A stretch of 11,136 nucleotides of DNA from Pseudothermotoga sp. (GCA_041640575.1 JBEPZZ010000058.1:1-11136), one strand, 5' to 3'; counted from the first letter of the stretch, positions 1 through 9,675 are shown. Notes: generated by a model from the letters alone, not told the origin. Translations and numbers: made by a program.

Positions 1-1046
1 TACTCTGCAAAACAATCAATTAGCTTACTCCTTTTTTTACTTTGCTTGAGAATCTTTATTCCTACAATTTCACGCTTTTGATTTTCAACGAATTCCACTT
101 CACCGGTTTTCACCATGTCCAAAATAGCAGCGGAAATTGCATCATCATCTGGGGTTTGGCACAATCTTTTTACGATGGCATTCACAAGTTCCGGTGGGTC
201 ATTATATGGAATTTCCCTCTCGTATTCAGCTTGATAATCAATTTTTTCTTCTCTTCCATATCTTCGATAAACATAGAATGGAAAAGCTGCAACCACAACA
301 ACATAGATAATAGCAAATACAACCAGAAGGCGAGTTTTCAACAGATATGCCTTTTCTTCTTTTTCAACATCACTCATACTGGCATCAATAAAGTACTTTG
401 TCTCAGTATTAGTGATTTGTGGAAAAACAAACCGCCCTTCAACAAAGGTATCTTTTGGAACCCTTCTGAATGTAAATTCGTATATATTTGAAGCTACATC
501 ATTTCTAGTGATGTGTAATCCCCAAGGATGGTGATATATAAGTGGTTTACCAAATTCGAGCGGCAACACAACGCGAACTTTTAATAGCATAGTTGGGACA
601 ACAGTTCCTTTGCCAATGTATTTAATGAAAAGTTGCGAGAAATCTTTACCTTCCATCAAAATGTCCCTCAAGAGGTAGCTGACTGCAATCTCCACGATTT
701 GTCCTTCATTTGGAACAGATACGTATTCCTCCATCGATCGGCTGAAAAGAACTCTAAGCGAAATGTTTCTGATGGTTTTTTCGTCATATATGATTTGTGA
801 AGGAGTAGGTCCTTGAAGAACCTCGACCCTAAGATCTTCAATCTTCACAGGTTCCTCAAAATCTATCGCCCAGCTTACATATCTAAAAGGTTGTTTTATC
901 TTATATGTAATTCTCTCAGTAACCGTTGCACTACCATCTTTGTAGAGAACAATTGAATAACTTCTTTCAGGAATCTCAAAGGAAATTGAAAACGAAATTA
1001 TCGAGTAAAACAAAGAAAACAAGAGGAATAAGATTATTGTTTTCAA
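1..1046 (-). CDS. DUF2207-family predicted membrane protein (3' end beyond window edge)
   Basis: Missing from the ORF track because there is no stop in the window. Manual translation from TTG at 1046 (SD AGGAGG upstream) reads open to base 1: MKTIILFLLFSLFYSIISFSISFEIPERSYSIVLYKDGSATVTERITY...FVEGRFVFP...LLVVFAIIYVVVVAAFPFYVYRRYGREEKIDYQAEYEREIPYNDPPELVNAIV...AISAAILDMVKTG. The signal peptide, DGSAxVxExITY motif, TM helix and YEREIP/PP motifs fit DUF2207. Confidence 0.85.
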   Translation of the reverse strand, partial: MKTIILFLLFSLFYSIISFSISFEIPERSYSIVLYKDGSATVTERITYKIKQPFRYVSWAIDFEEPVKIEDLRVEVLQGPTPSQIIYDEKTIRNISLRVLFSRSMEEYVSVPNEGQIVEIAVSYLLRDILMEGKDFSQLFIKYIGKGTVVPTMLLKVRVVLPLEFGKPLIYHHPWGLHITRNDVASNIYEFTFRRVPKDTFVEGRFVFPQITNTETKYFIDASMSDVEKEEKAYLLKTRLLVVFAIIYVVVVAAFPFYVYRRYGREEKIDYQAEYEREIPYNDPPELVNAIVKRLCQTPDDDAISAAILDMVKTGEVEFVENQKREIVGIKILKQSKKRSKLIDCFAE

Positions 1047-1075
1047 TCTTCCACCTCCTAACTGTAACTTTGCAA

Positions 1076-1861
1076 CTACAACAATTCTTTAAGTATCTCC
1101 CTTGCCTGTTCGTAGCTTAACTTACCTTCAGCAACGAGCCTAAGGATCTTTTTCTCTATATCTTCTGCTCTTTCTGCTCTATTTGTTGCCTTTATTGTCA
1201 AATCGCCAGACGTTGTACTGACAACAACTTTCATACGGCCATCACCGAAGAGGTACTCTCTTCCCTCACGGGTATAGCCAATATTGCTTGTGAGATCACC
1301 GCTTGCGGTTCTGAAGGTTACTCTCATGTTCGGAACGCCAACTGTTTCAAGTTCGACATCCGCACTCACAGATGAAATAACCCAGTCATAATCTCCAGGC
1401 ACAACCCCTTTGATCTCGATATCTCCACTTATCGTTGTAATCACCAGTCTTCTGGTATTAGGCTGTGAAAGCGAGATATCTCCAGAGATGGTTCTGATTT
1501 CACAAAAATCACAGTTGATGGAATCGCACGTAAATTCTCCAGAAGTGGTTTTGAAGCTGAGTTTACTCGCCTTAACGGAATTAACCTTTACATCACCAGA
1601 AACGCTTGTCACCAAGATTTCATTAAGCTGCGGAGGAATTGAAACACTTATCGGCGACGAATCATAGTGGATCATTGGGAGGATGAATCGACCTCTTGTG
1701 GAGATCTCGACTGTATCATTTTTTCTGTCAATTAACAAATCTTTCTCAGACCCAACAACAAAGTATTCTCCAGTTTTCGAAACATCTATTTGCACATCTG
1801 AATCAATAGATTTAACGACCAATTTTTTAACTGAGGAAAAATCCAGCGGTTGTTTTTGCAA
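1076..1861 (-). CDS. DUF4097 (Toast-rack / putative adhesin) beta-strand repeat protein with C-terminal SHOCT-like helical motif
   Basis: Repeated (T/S)-x-SGD-hydrophobic units (VSGDV, TSGEF, ISGDI twice, VSADV, ASGDL, TSGDL). C-terminus is IEKKILRLVAEGKLSYEQAREILKELL. TTG start with an AAGGGGG SD. Confidence 0.88.
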   Translation of the reverse strand: MQKQPLDFSSVKKLVVKSIDSDVQIDVSKTGEYFVVGSEKDLLIDRKNDTVEISTRGRFILPMIHYDSSPISVSIPPQLNEILVTSVSGDVKVNSVKASKLSFKTTSGEFTCDSINCDFCEIRTISGDISLSQPNTRRLVITTISGDIEIKGVVPGDYDWVISSVSADVELETVGVPNMRVTFRTASGDLTSNIGYTREGREYLFGDGRMKVVVSTTSGDLTIKATNRAERAEDIEKKILRLVAEGKLSYEQAREILKELL

Positions 1862-1876
1862 GCAACTCGCCCCCTT

Positions 1877-2092
1877 TCAAAATCCCATGAATCGAACGAT
1901 TATTGATATGACAAAGAGTTCACCTGCTATGTAGACAGCTACAGGAATCCAGTTTCCAGCAGCAAGAAGAACTGCGTACAAACCAACGAAGAAGCAGTAT
2001 ACAAGAGTAACTGATCGAACTTTTAGTTGCAAAAGTTTTGTGCCTATATATACGAGTAGAAGAGCCCCTATGATACCGAGAATTGCAGTCAT
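1877..2092 (-). CDS. Small hydrophobic membrane protein (71 aa, about 3 TM segments), function unknown
   Basis: Its ATG overlaps the TGA of the DUF2089 gene (ATGA coupling), with SD-like AGGAGG/AAGGAG upstream. It is almost entirely hydrophobic and fills the gap between two operon genes. Confidence 0.8.
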   Translation of the reverse strand: MTAILGIIGALLLVYIGTKLLQLKVRSVTLVYCFFVGLYAVLLAAGNWIPVAVYIAGELFVISIIVRFMGF

Positions 2093-2463
2093 TCTCCTTT
2101 CAACCTCCTAATTTGTTCAAGAGCTTCCTCGGCAGAAAGCTCGCCCCGTTCAAGCTTTTCCAGAACTTCGTTGATTTGACGCTCTTCAGTAACTTCTTCA
2201 GCTTCATAGCCAAGTGTCCTGACGATACTCTCCAATCTGGCGCGAGCAGTTGGGTAAGAAATTCCCAGCTCTTTTTGAAGTTCGCTGAGATTACCTCTGG
2301 TCTTTATGAATATTCTCAAGAAATTTATTTGCTCTGGTGAAAGCCTAAAAAATTCTTCAAGCTCAAATTTGCCTCTTATGATAGTGCCGCAAGACGGGCA
2401 TGAAAGTTCAGTTATCAATAGGTGAGAATCACATACAGGGCATCGAGATATTACGCGTGCCAT
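2089..2463 (-). CDS. DUF2089-family protein (Zn-ribbon + HTH putative transcription regulator, C-terminal SHOCT-like motif)
   Basis: CPVC...CPSC zinc ribbon; FxxLSxEQxxFLxxFIxxRGNLSELQKELGISYPTARARL HTH signature; C-terminal EVLEKLERGELSAEEALEQI. SD AAGGAG precedes TTG 2466 / ATG 2463. Confidence 0.92.
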   Translation of the reverse strand: MARVISRCPVCDSHLLITELSCPSCGTIIRGKFELEEFFRLSPEQINFLRIFIKTRGNLSELQKELGISYPTARARLESIVRTLGYEAEEVTEERQINEVLEKLERGELSAEEALEQIRRLKGE

Positions 2464-2487
2464 CAAACCACTCCTTTGATATTTCTT

Positions 2488-2585
2488 AAGGTGATTTTAA
2501 TATATTTTAATCTTACATTTGAATTTTGTCAAGTCAAAGGATGATTTAACTCTATAGTTCGTTTTTTAACACCATGGATGATTTA
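2488..2585. repeat. Short direct repeats in the divergent promoter region (candidate operator)
   Basis: GGATGATTTA occurs exactly at 2539-2548 and 2576-2585, with the variant GGTGATTTTA at 2490-2499. ATTTTAAT occurs at 2494-2501 and 2504-2511. Confidence 0.4.
2504..2532 (-). promoter_or_regulatory. sigma70-type promoter of the DUF2089 operon
   Basis: Minus strand reads TTGACA (2532-2527), 17-nt spacer, TAAAAT (2509-2504), about 40 nt upstream of the start codon. Confidence 0.75.
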
Positions 2586-2616
2586 CTTCTGTTAAAATTC
2601 AATGGGAGGTATAAAG

Positions 2617-4619
<2,003 letters not shown>

Positions 4620-4647
4620 TTTAAAAAAAAGAGGGTAGAGCATTATG

Positions 4648-4674
4648 GGCGCGGCGTTCCGACGCCCGCCTTTT
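4648..4674 (+). terminator. GC-rich hairpin with short U-tract after eno (intrinsic terminator or mRNA-stabilising stem)
   Basis: GGCG-C-GGCGT / TCCG loop / ACGCC-CGCC followed by TTTT. Confidence 0.65.
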
Positions 4675-4692
4675 CAGTCGGAGGCAAAAAAG

Positions 4693-5619
4693 TTGAACGA
4701 TAGAGAAAAGCTTTCAGTACGTGCAGCGCTAATTGGAGCACTTGCAAATGGGCTGCTTTCAGCAGCTAAAATACTTGTTGGTTTTTTATTTCAAAGTACA
4801 GCAGTACTTGCGGATGGAATTGATACCGGAACCGATGTGTTCACATCCTTTGCTACACTTGTGTCGAGCAAAGTGTCAAGTAAACCACCAGATAAGACGC
4901 ACCCTTATGGGCACGAAAGAATTGAAGCAATAGTTGCGAAAATCTTGTCTTTTATAATCTTTTATGCCGGTATCTCTTTATTAATTTCATCCTCCAAGAG
5001 GCTAATTCTTGGTGAATACTCCCAGGTAATGGGAATTTTACCTCTATTGGTCTCAGCAATCTCCGTTGCCGTAAAAACTTGGCTGTTTCTTTACAAATAC
5101 TCTGTCGGTAAAAAGATTAAAAGCTCAGCTTTCATAGCTGACGCCTTAAACATGAGGAATGACATTTTGATATCATCGACGGTTTTCTTGGGAGTTCTTT
5201 TGAGCAAAACTGGCCTACTATGGATTGACCCTGTAGTTGCAATCTTGGTATCCATCTTCATTATCCGAACGGCATTTGTCATTTTTAGAGAGACAAGCTA
5301 CGAGTTGATGGACGGAATGACAAGCTTAGAAATCTATAACGATATTTTCGAGGCTGTAAAAAGTGTTAATGGTGCTGCCAATCCACACAAAGTACGTGTC
5401 AGACAGGTCGGTTACAAATACTACGTTGATATGGATATAGAGGTTGATGAAAACGTGACGGTTAAACAAGGTCATGAAATAGCAACGGCCGTGAAGAAGG
5501 CAATTGTGAAGCAAAATGACAGAGTAGCTGATGTCATGATACATGTAGAACCTAAAGGAAATGTTGAACAAGAAGCTTTTGGATTGGATGAGCAAGTTTT
5601 GAATGGAGGGAAAAAATGA
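4693..5619 (+). CDS. Cation diffusion facilitator (CDF, FieF/MntE-like) metal transporter
   Basis: S-x-AVLADGIDTGTD, KPPDKTHPYGHERIE, ADALNMRND, WIDP, and a C-terminal domain ending GHEIA...IHVEP. Start placed at TTG 4693 after GGAGG; the ATG at 4645 would translate through the hairpin. Confidence 0.93.
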   Translation: MNDREKLSVRAALIGALANGLLSAAKILVGFLFQSTAVLADGIDTGTDVFTSFATLVSSKVSSKPPDKTHPYGHERIEAIVAKILSFIIFYAGISLLISSSKRLILGEYSQVMGILPLLVSAISVAVKTWLFLYKYSVGKKIKSSAFIADALNMRNDILISSTVFLGVLLSKTGLLWIDPVVAILVSIFIIRTAFVIFRETSYELMDGMTSLEIYNDIFEAVKSVNGAANPHKVRVRQVGYKYYVDMDIEVDENVTVKQGHEIATAVKKAIVKQNDRVADVMIHVEPKGNVEQEAFGLDEQVLNGGKK

Positions 5620-6152
5620 TAATTAGAGGTCAAAAACTGAACCTAAGACCGATTGAGATGACTGATCTTGATCGGCTCTTGAACGTGAACAATCCTGAAG
5701 TTAGAGCTTTTCTTCACTCGGTCTTTCCTTTGAACAGAATCAAAGAAGAACAGTGGATACAGGCTCTTTATTCTGATAATCTCAGCGTTGTCTTTGCCAT
5801 TGAACCTGTTGGCGAAAGTACGCTTGTTGGAACCGTAGGTTTGCATAACATAGATTGGGTGAATCGAATTGCAGAGTTTGGAATAGCTATAACAGACAAA
5901 AACTACTGGAACAAAGGGCTTGGTACCGAAGCAACTATGTTAATGCTAAAGTATGGCTTTCGCAGCTTAAATCTTCACAGGATTTGGTTACGTGTTTATG
6001 ATTACAATAAAAGGGCAATCCATGTTTACGAAAAATGCGGATTTAAACATGAAGGAGTCCTAAGAAAGGCACGCTATTACAACGGCCAATACCATGACGT
6101 AATCGTTATGGGAATCTTATCTGAAGAATACTTTCAGCTCTTACAATTCTAA
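5616..6152 (+). CDS. GNAT-family N-acetyltransferase (RimJ/RimL/SpeG-like)
   Basis: LRPIE, AEFGIAI, YWNKGLGTEA acetyl-CoA loop, LNLHRIWL, NKRAIHVYEKCGFKHEGVLR. ATGA overlap with the CDF stop codon. Confidence 0.93.
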   Translation: MIIRGQKLNLRPIEMTDLDRLLNVNNPEVRAFLHSVFPLNRIKEEQWIQALYSDNLSVVFAIEPVGESTLVGTVGLHNIDWVNRIAEFGIAITDKNYWNKGLGTEATMLMLKYGFRSLNLHRIWLRVYDYNKRAIHVYEKCGFKHEGVLRKARYYNGQYHDVIVMGILSEEYFQLLQF

Positions 6153-6439
6153 ATGAATAAAACACACTATTTTGCTAAAGAATATAACAACACGTCAAAG
6201 CTTTTGTTGATTTATCGATACACGCCTCATTAATTCCGCTTTCGACAAATAAGGTTTATTTCTTATTTTTTCATTTGCCAAATGCAAGCTTGGTATTTCG
6301 AACAAGCCACATTCTAAAGTTGAAAATTGGTTAAATCTTGGCTAGAACTGATCGTACTTATTTTTATCAAAGCAGGCCCAAAGGTTTTTTCAGGTACGTC
6401 ATAAAAAATTCGAATTTACCCTCCCAATAAAAAATATTA

Positions 6440-6464
6440 GGAAACCGAATTGGTTTCCATTTTT
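6440..6464. terminator. Hairpin between the convergent GNAT and tRNA genes; probable (possibly bidirectional) terminator
   Basis: GGAAACC-GAATT-GGTTTCC forms a perfect 7-bp stem flanked by A-rich and T-rich tracts, about 60 nt past the tRNA 3' end. Confidence 0.5.
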
Positions 6465-6519
6465 AGGAAGCGCTATTTGATTATACCTTTTATCTGTCTT
6501 ATAGCATTCTGTTAAAAAT

Positions 6520-6596
6520 TGGTGGAGCCGATGGGACTTGAACCCACGACCTCTACCGTGCCATGGTAGCGCTCTCCCAAGCTGAGCTACGGCCCC
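6520..6596 (-). tRNA. tRNA-Ala(GGC)
   Basis: GGGGCCGTAGCTCAGCTTGGGAGAGCGCTACCATGGCACGGTAGAGGTCGTGGGTTCAAGTCCCATCGGCTCCACCA: cloverleaf, anticodon stem CTACC/GGTAG with GGC, G3:U70 alanine determinant, encoded CCA. Confidence 0.98.
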
Positions 6597-6607
6597 ACGC
6601 GAACTCA

Positions 6608-6636
6608 ATTATACAATACTTTCAATCTTATTGCAA
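6608..6636 (-). promoter_or_regulatory. sigma70-type promoter of tRNA-Ala
   Basis: TTGCAA (6636-6631), 17-nt spacer, TATAAT (6613-6608), ending 11 nt before the mature tRNA 5' end. Confidence 0.8.
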
Positions 6637-6761
6637 GAGCGTGGTATGGCTGCGATATGAAAATCATGCCAAAGATGTGTGGTTGAAATACTGAGAATGA
6701 TATACTTTTTATGGTGAAATCGAGCTTCTTACTATCAAATGATTCTAAGTGGGGGATTAGC

Positions 6762-7277
6762 ATGAAAATTGCCACAAAGGTGATCATTTATATGGCTATT
6801 TTTTCTCTTCTGCATTTTGGATATGATTTAACAGGTTGGAACTTTCTGATCCCATTTTGCGGGACTGATGAATCAGTATTTGAGCACCTCAAAATGGGAT
6901 TTTGGTCCTACTTGTTGGTGAGTACATTGGAATTTCTTATTTTGAAGAGAAAAGAAAGGTCTTCGAATAATTTTTGGATGTCTCGACTAATTTCAACTAT
7001 TTTCATACCCTGGTTAATAGTTGTAGTTTGGTATCTAGTTCCTGGGATATATGGCAAAGTTGAATCAATTACGTTAGAACTCGTTTGGGCATTTATAGTA
7101 GTCATAGTTTCGGCAATAATAGGTATAGTACTTGAAAAGTCAACAGAAAAAATTAAGTTTGGTATGGGACTGAAAACGATTATTTTGGTTTTACTCATCA
7201 TCTGCATTTTCTTTTTTGTCAGATTCAGCTACTCAAAACCATGGATTGATTTGTTCCAAAATCCCGAGGTACACTGA
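6762..7277 (+). CDS. DUF6512-like integral membrane protein
   Basis: About 5 hydrophobic segments and the conserved-looking LLHFGYD...ESVFEHLKM motif. Start placed at ATG 6762 after GGGGGA. Confidence 0.75.
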   Translation: MKIATKVIIYMAIFSLLHFGYDLTGWNFLIPFCGTDESVFEHLKMGFWSYLLVSTLEFLILKRKERSSNNFWMSRLISTIFIPWLIVVVWYLVPGIYGKVESITLELVWAFIVVIVSAIIGIVLEKSTEKIKFGMGLKTIILVLLIICIFFFVRFSYSKPWIDLFQNPEVH

Positions 7278-7284
7278 ATAGTTG

Positions 7285-8250
7285 ATGAAAGGCAAACTTA
7301 AATTTGCGCTCATCAGGCTTGTAAAATTCCTACTTTTCATATTTCTTTTCCTGCTAATCATAAACAACTTTTTCATCGGGTTAGCACTTTTTGCAATAGC
7401 AAATGTTAAACTCATCCGCCGGTCAGTTTTTGGCCGACTTCCTTACAAAATTTCCAGAAAAGTTTCAAAAGGGCCATTTGGATACGTATACAGTCGAAAT
7501 CTGAAACTTGATTTATATTATCCTGCTACTGGCAACGGACCTTTTCCTATCATTGTTTTCGCTCACGGTGGAGGTTGGATAACTGGTTTCAAAAGGCAAC
7601 CTAACAATGTTTCGTGGTATAGGTTTCTAAACTCATTGGGCTTCGCTGTTGCAAGTGTAGAATATCGAAAAGCCCTGTATGCAAAAATTGAAGATATAAT
7701 CTCCGATTATTCTCAGGCAATAAAGTTCATGCAGGAGAATTCTTCAAAACTTAAGATTGATTCAAGCAAAATTATACTGATGGGGCTTTCTGCAGGGGGG
7801 CACTTAGCTCTGTACTATGCGGCCCGAAATTCTTATATAAACTCACTTTCAAACTCTATAAAAGCCGTGGTGTCTTTCTATGCTCCCTGCGATCTAGTTG
7901 ATCTCTTATCCGACGAAGTAACATCATTTTTTGCACGGTTCGCACTTATAACGACAATAAAAACACTTCCAACAAGAAGTCCAGCAACTTATACCCATTA
8001 TTCACCTATAACCTGGGCTAATAGCTCAATTCCACCTGTTTTTCTAGCACACGGTTTGAAAGATCGAGTTGTACCATTTAAATCATCGATAAAAATGTAT
8101 AAAAAATTGAGAAATTTAGGTGTAAGGACGGTTCTAAGACTTCATCCTAAAGGTGATCATGGATTTGAGTTTGTATTCAAGGACGAATTTACACTAAAAA
8201 TCTTGAACGAACTTTCTCGCTTTCTTAGGCAGGCTATAGAAACCGGCTAA
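7285..8250 (+). CDS. Alpha/beta hydrolase (HSL / family IV esterase-lipase like) with N-terminal membrane anchor
   Basis: LDLY, HGGGW oxyanion motif, GLSAGG nucleophile elbow, HGLKDRVVP (Asp) and HGF (His). Hydrophobic N-terminus. Alternative TTG start at 7282. Confidence 0.92.
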   Translation: MKGKLKFALIRLVKFLLFIFLFLLIINNFFIGLALFAIANVKLIRRSVFGRLPYKISRKVSKGPFGYVYSRNLKLDLYYPATGNGPFPIIVFAHGGGWITGFKRQPNNVSWYRFLNSLGFAVASVEYRKALYAKIEDIISDYSQAIKFMQENSSKLKIDSSKIILMGLSAGGHLALYYAARNSYINSLSNSIKAVVSFYAPCDLVDLLSDEVTSFFARFALITTIKTLPTRSPATYTHYSPITWANSSIPPVFLAHGLKDRVVPFKSSIKMYKKLRNLGVRTVLRLHPKGDHGFEFVFKDEFTLKILNELSRFLRQAIETG

Positions 8251-8340
8251 ACAATCTGTTTCATTTCAAAAATTTCCTGTAAACAAATTTCATGTACGAT
8301 TTTGATGACTTTTGTTCATTCTATTCTGGGAGGGGAGATT

Positions 8341-9675
8341 GTGGAGAAGCTCTTTGCAATCAGAGCTAGTGGCAGTACTGTACGCCGTGAAATAATCGCG
8401 GGCGTGACCACCTTCTTGACAATGGCTTACATAGTCTTTGTCAACCCATCGATCCTCATCAACGTCATACCTGGGGCAACACCTGGTAGTCCTCTTTATC
8501 AACAGTTTTTCGGTGCTTTCATGGTCGCAACTATCTTTGGCTCTGTGATTGCCACCTTGATCATGGGCCTTTACGCAAATTACCCATTTGCTCTCGCACC
8601 AGGTATGGGATTGAACGCTTACTTCACTTTTACAGTTTGCCTGAAAATGGGAATTGACTGGCGAGTAGCTCTTGCAGCGGTCTTCATCGAAGGTCTGATT
8701 TTCATTTTCCTGACAGTTACAGGAGCAAGAGCTTATGTTGTTAAAGCAATTCCAAGTTCCGTAAAGTTAGCAACCGGTGCTGGCATAGGATTGTTCATAG
8801 CATTCATTGGGCTAAGAAGTGCAGGAATCGTAGTAAGCGATCCTGCAACGGCCGTGAGTCTTGGCCACCTTACAAATCCCAACGTGATCGTAGCCATAAT
8901 AGGGTTCTTTATAATTGCAGCTTTGTCTGCTTTGAGAGTCCCCGGTTCAATTCTCATTGGAATTCTAGCAAGTACTGTTATAGGAGCTTTTCCTGCTTTC
9001 GGAATAACAAAGTATTACGGAATTGTGGGCAAGATTCCAGAGATATCTCCAACTTTCCTGAAGATGGATTTCAATCTTCGTGCATTGACAACGGCATCTT
9101 TCTGGATGGTCGTTTTCACGTTCTTCTTTGTTGACTTCTTTGACACTCTTGGAACCTTAACAGGTTTGGCCGAATCAGCAGGATTCATGAAAAACGGAGA
9201 TCTGCCAAGGGCTTCCAGAGCTTATCTTGCCGATGCAGTTGGAACATCTGTAGGTGCAGTTTTTGGTACTTCAACGGTTACAACTTATATCGAAAGCAGC
9301 GCAGGAATTGCGGAAGGTGGGAGAACCGGCCTGACTGCAGTTGTTGTTGCGATCCTTATGCTTTTAATGCTCTTTTTCTCTCCACTTGCGATGACCGTTC
9401 CGGCTGCCGCTACAGCACCAGCTTTGATATTCGTCGGTGTTTTGATGATGAAACCTGTAACCAAAATTAATTGGGACGATGTGACTGAAGCTATACCCGG
9501 CTTTATCACATTGCTGATGATGCCTCTAACATATTCAATTGCAAATGGAATTGCCCTTGGAATAGTCACCTATCCTATAGTTAAGCTCTTCTCTGGAAAA
9601 GCAAAACAAGTGCATTGGCTCACCTGGGTTTTGGCATTTCTGTTTGCTATGTATCTAATATTCCTTAGAGAGTGA
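8341..9675 (+). CDS. NCS2/AzgA-family purine (guanine/hypoxanthine/adenine) permease, PbuG/PbuO-like
   Basis: REIIAGVTTFLTMAYI, ANYPFALAPGMGLNAYF, GIGLFIAFIGL, DFFDTLGT, TTYIESSAGIAEGGRTGLT, PLTYSIANG. Start placed at GTG 8341 after GGGAGGGGAG. Confidence 0.95.
   Translation: MEKLFAIRASGSTVRREIIAGVTTFLTMAYIVFVNPSILINVIPGATPGSPLYQQFFGAFMVATIFGSVIATLIMGLYANYPFALAPGMGLNAYFTFTVCLKMGIDWRVALAAVFIEGLIFIFLTVTGARAYVVKAIPSSVKLATGAGIGLFIAFIGLRSAGIVVSDPATAVSLGHLTNPNVIVAIIGFFIIAALSALRVPGSILIGILASTVIGAFPAFGITKYYGIVGKIPEISPTFLKMDFNLRALTTASFWMVVFTFFFVDFFDTLGTLTGLAESAGFMKNGDLPRASRAYLADAVGTSVGAVFGTSTVTTYIESSAGIAEGGRTGLTAVVVAILMLLMLFFSPLAMTVPAAATAPALIFVGVLMMKPVTKINWDDVTEAIPGFITLLMMPLTYSIANGIALGIVTYPIVKLFSGKAKQVHWLTWVLAFLFAMYLIFLRE

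Noticed and set aside
42..491. 149-aa plus-strand ORF (also 926-1120)
   Set aside because: Antisense shadow of the DUF2207 gene, which is open on the minus strand with an SD and recognisable motifs.
1410..2340. Plus-strand ORFs 1410-1667, 1683-1934 and 2083-2340
   Set aside because: Antisense to well-supported operon genes and lacking recognisable motifs.
4645..4692. ATG 4645 as CDF start
   Set aside because: The extension runs through the GC hairpin; TTG 4693 has a well-placed GGAGG SD.
6153..6233. 26-codon ORF MNKTHYFAKEYNNTSKLLLIYRYTPH directly after the GNAT stop
   Set aside because: No SD and no recognisable features; expected by chance.
6399..6608. 69-aa minus-strand ORF
   Set aside because: It is a translation of the tRNA-Ala gene.
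8251..8340. Possible purine riboswitch upstream of the NCS2 permease
   Set aside because: The 90-nt AT-rich leader lacks the purine aptamer consensus and any expression-platform hairpin.
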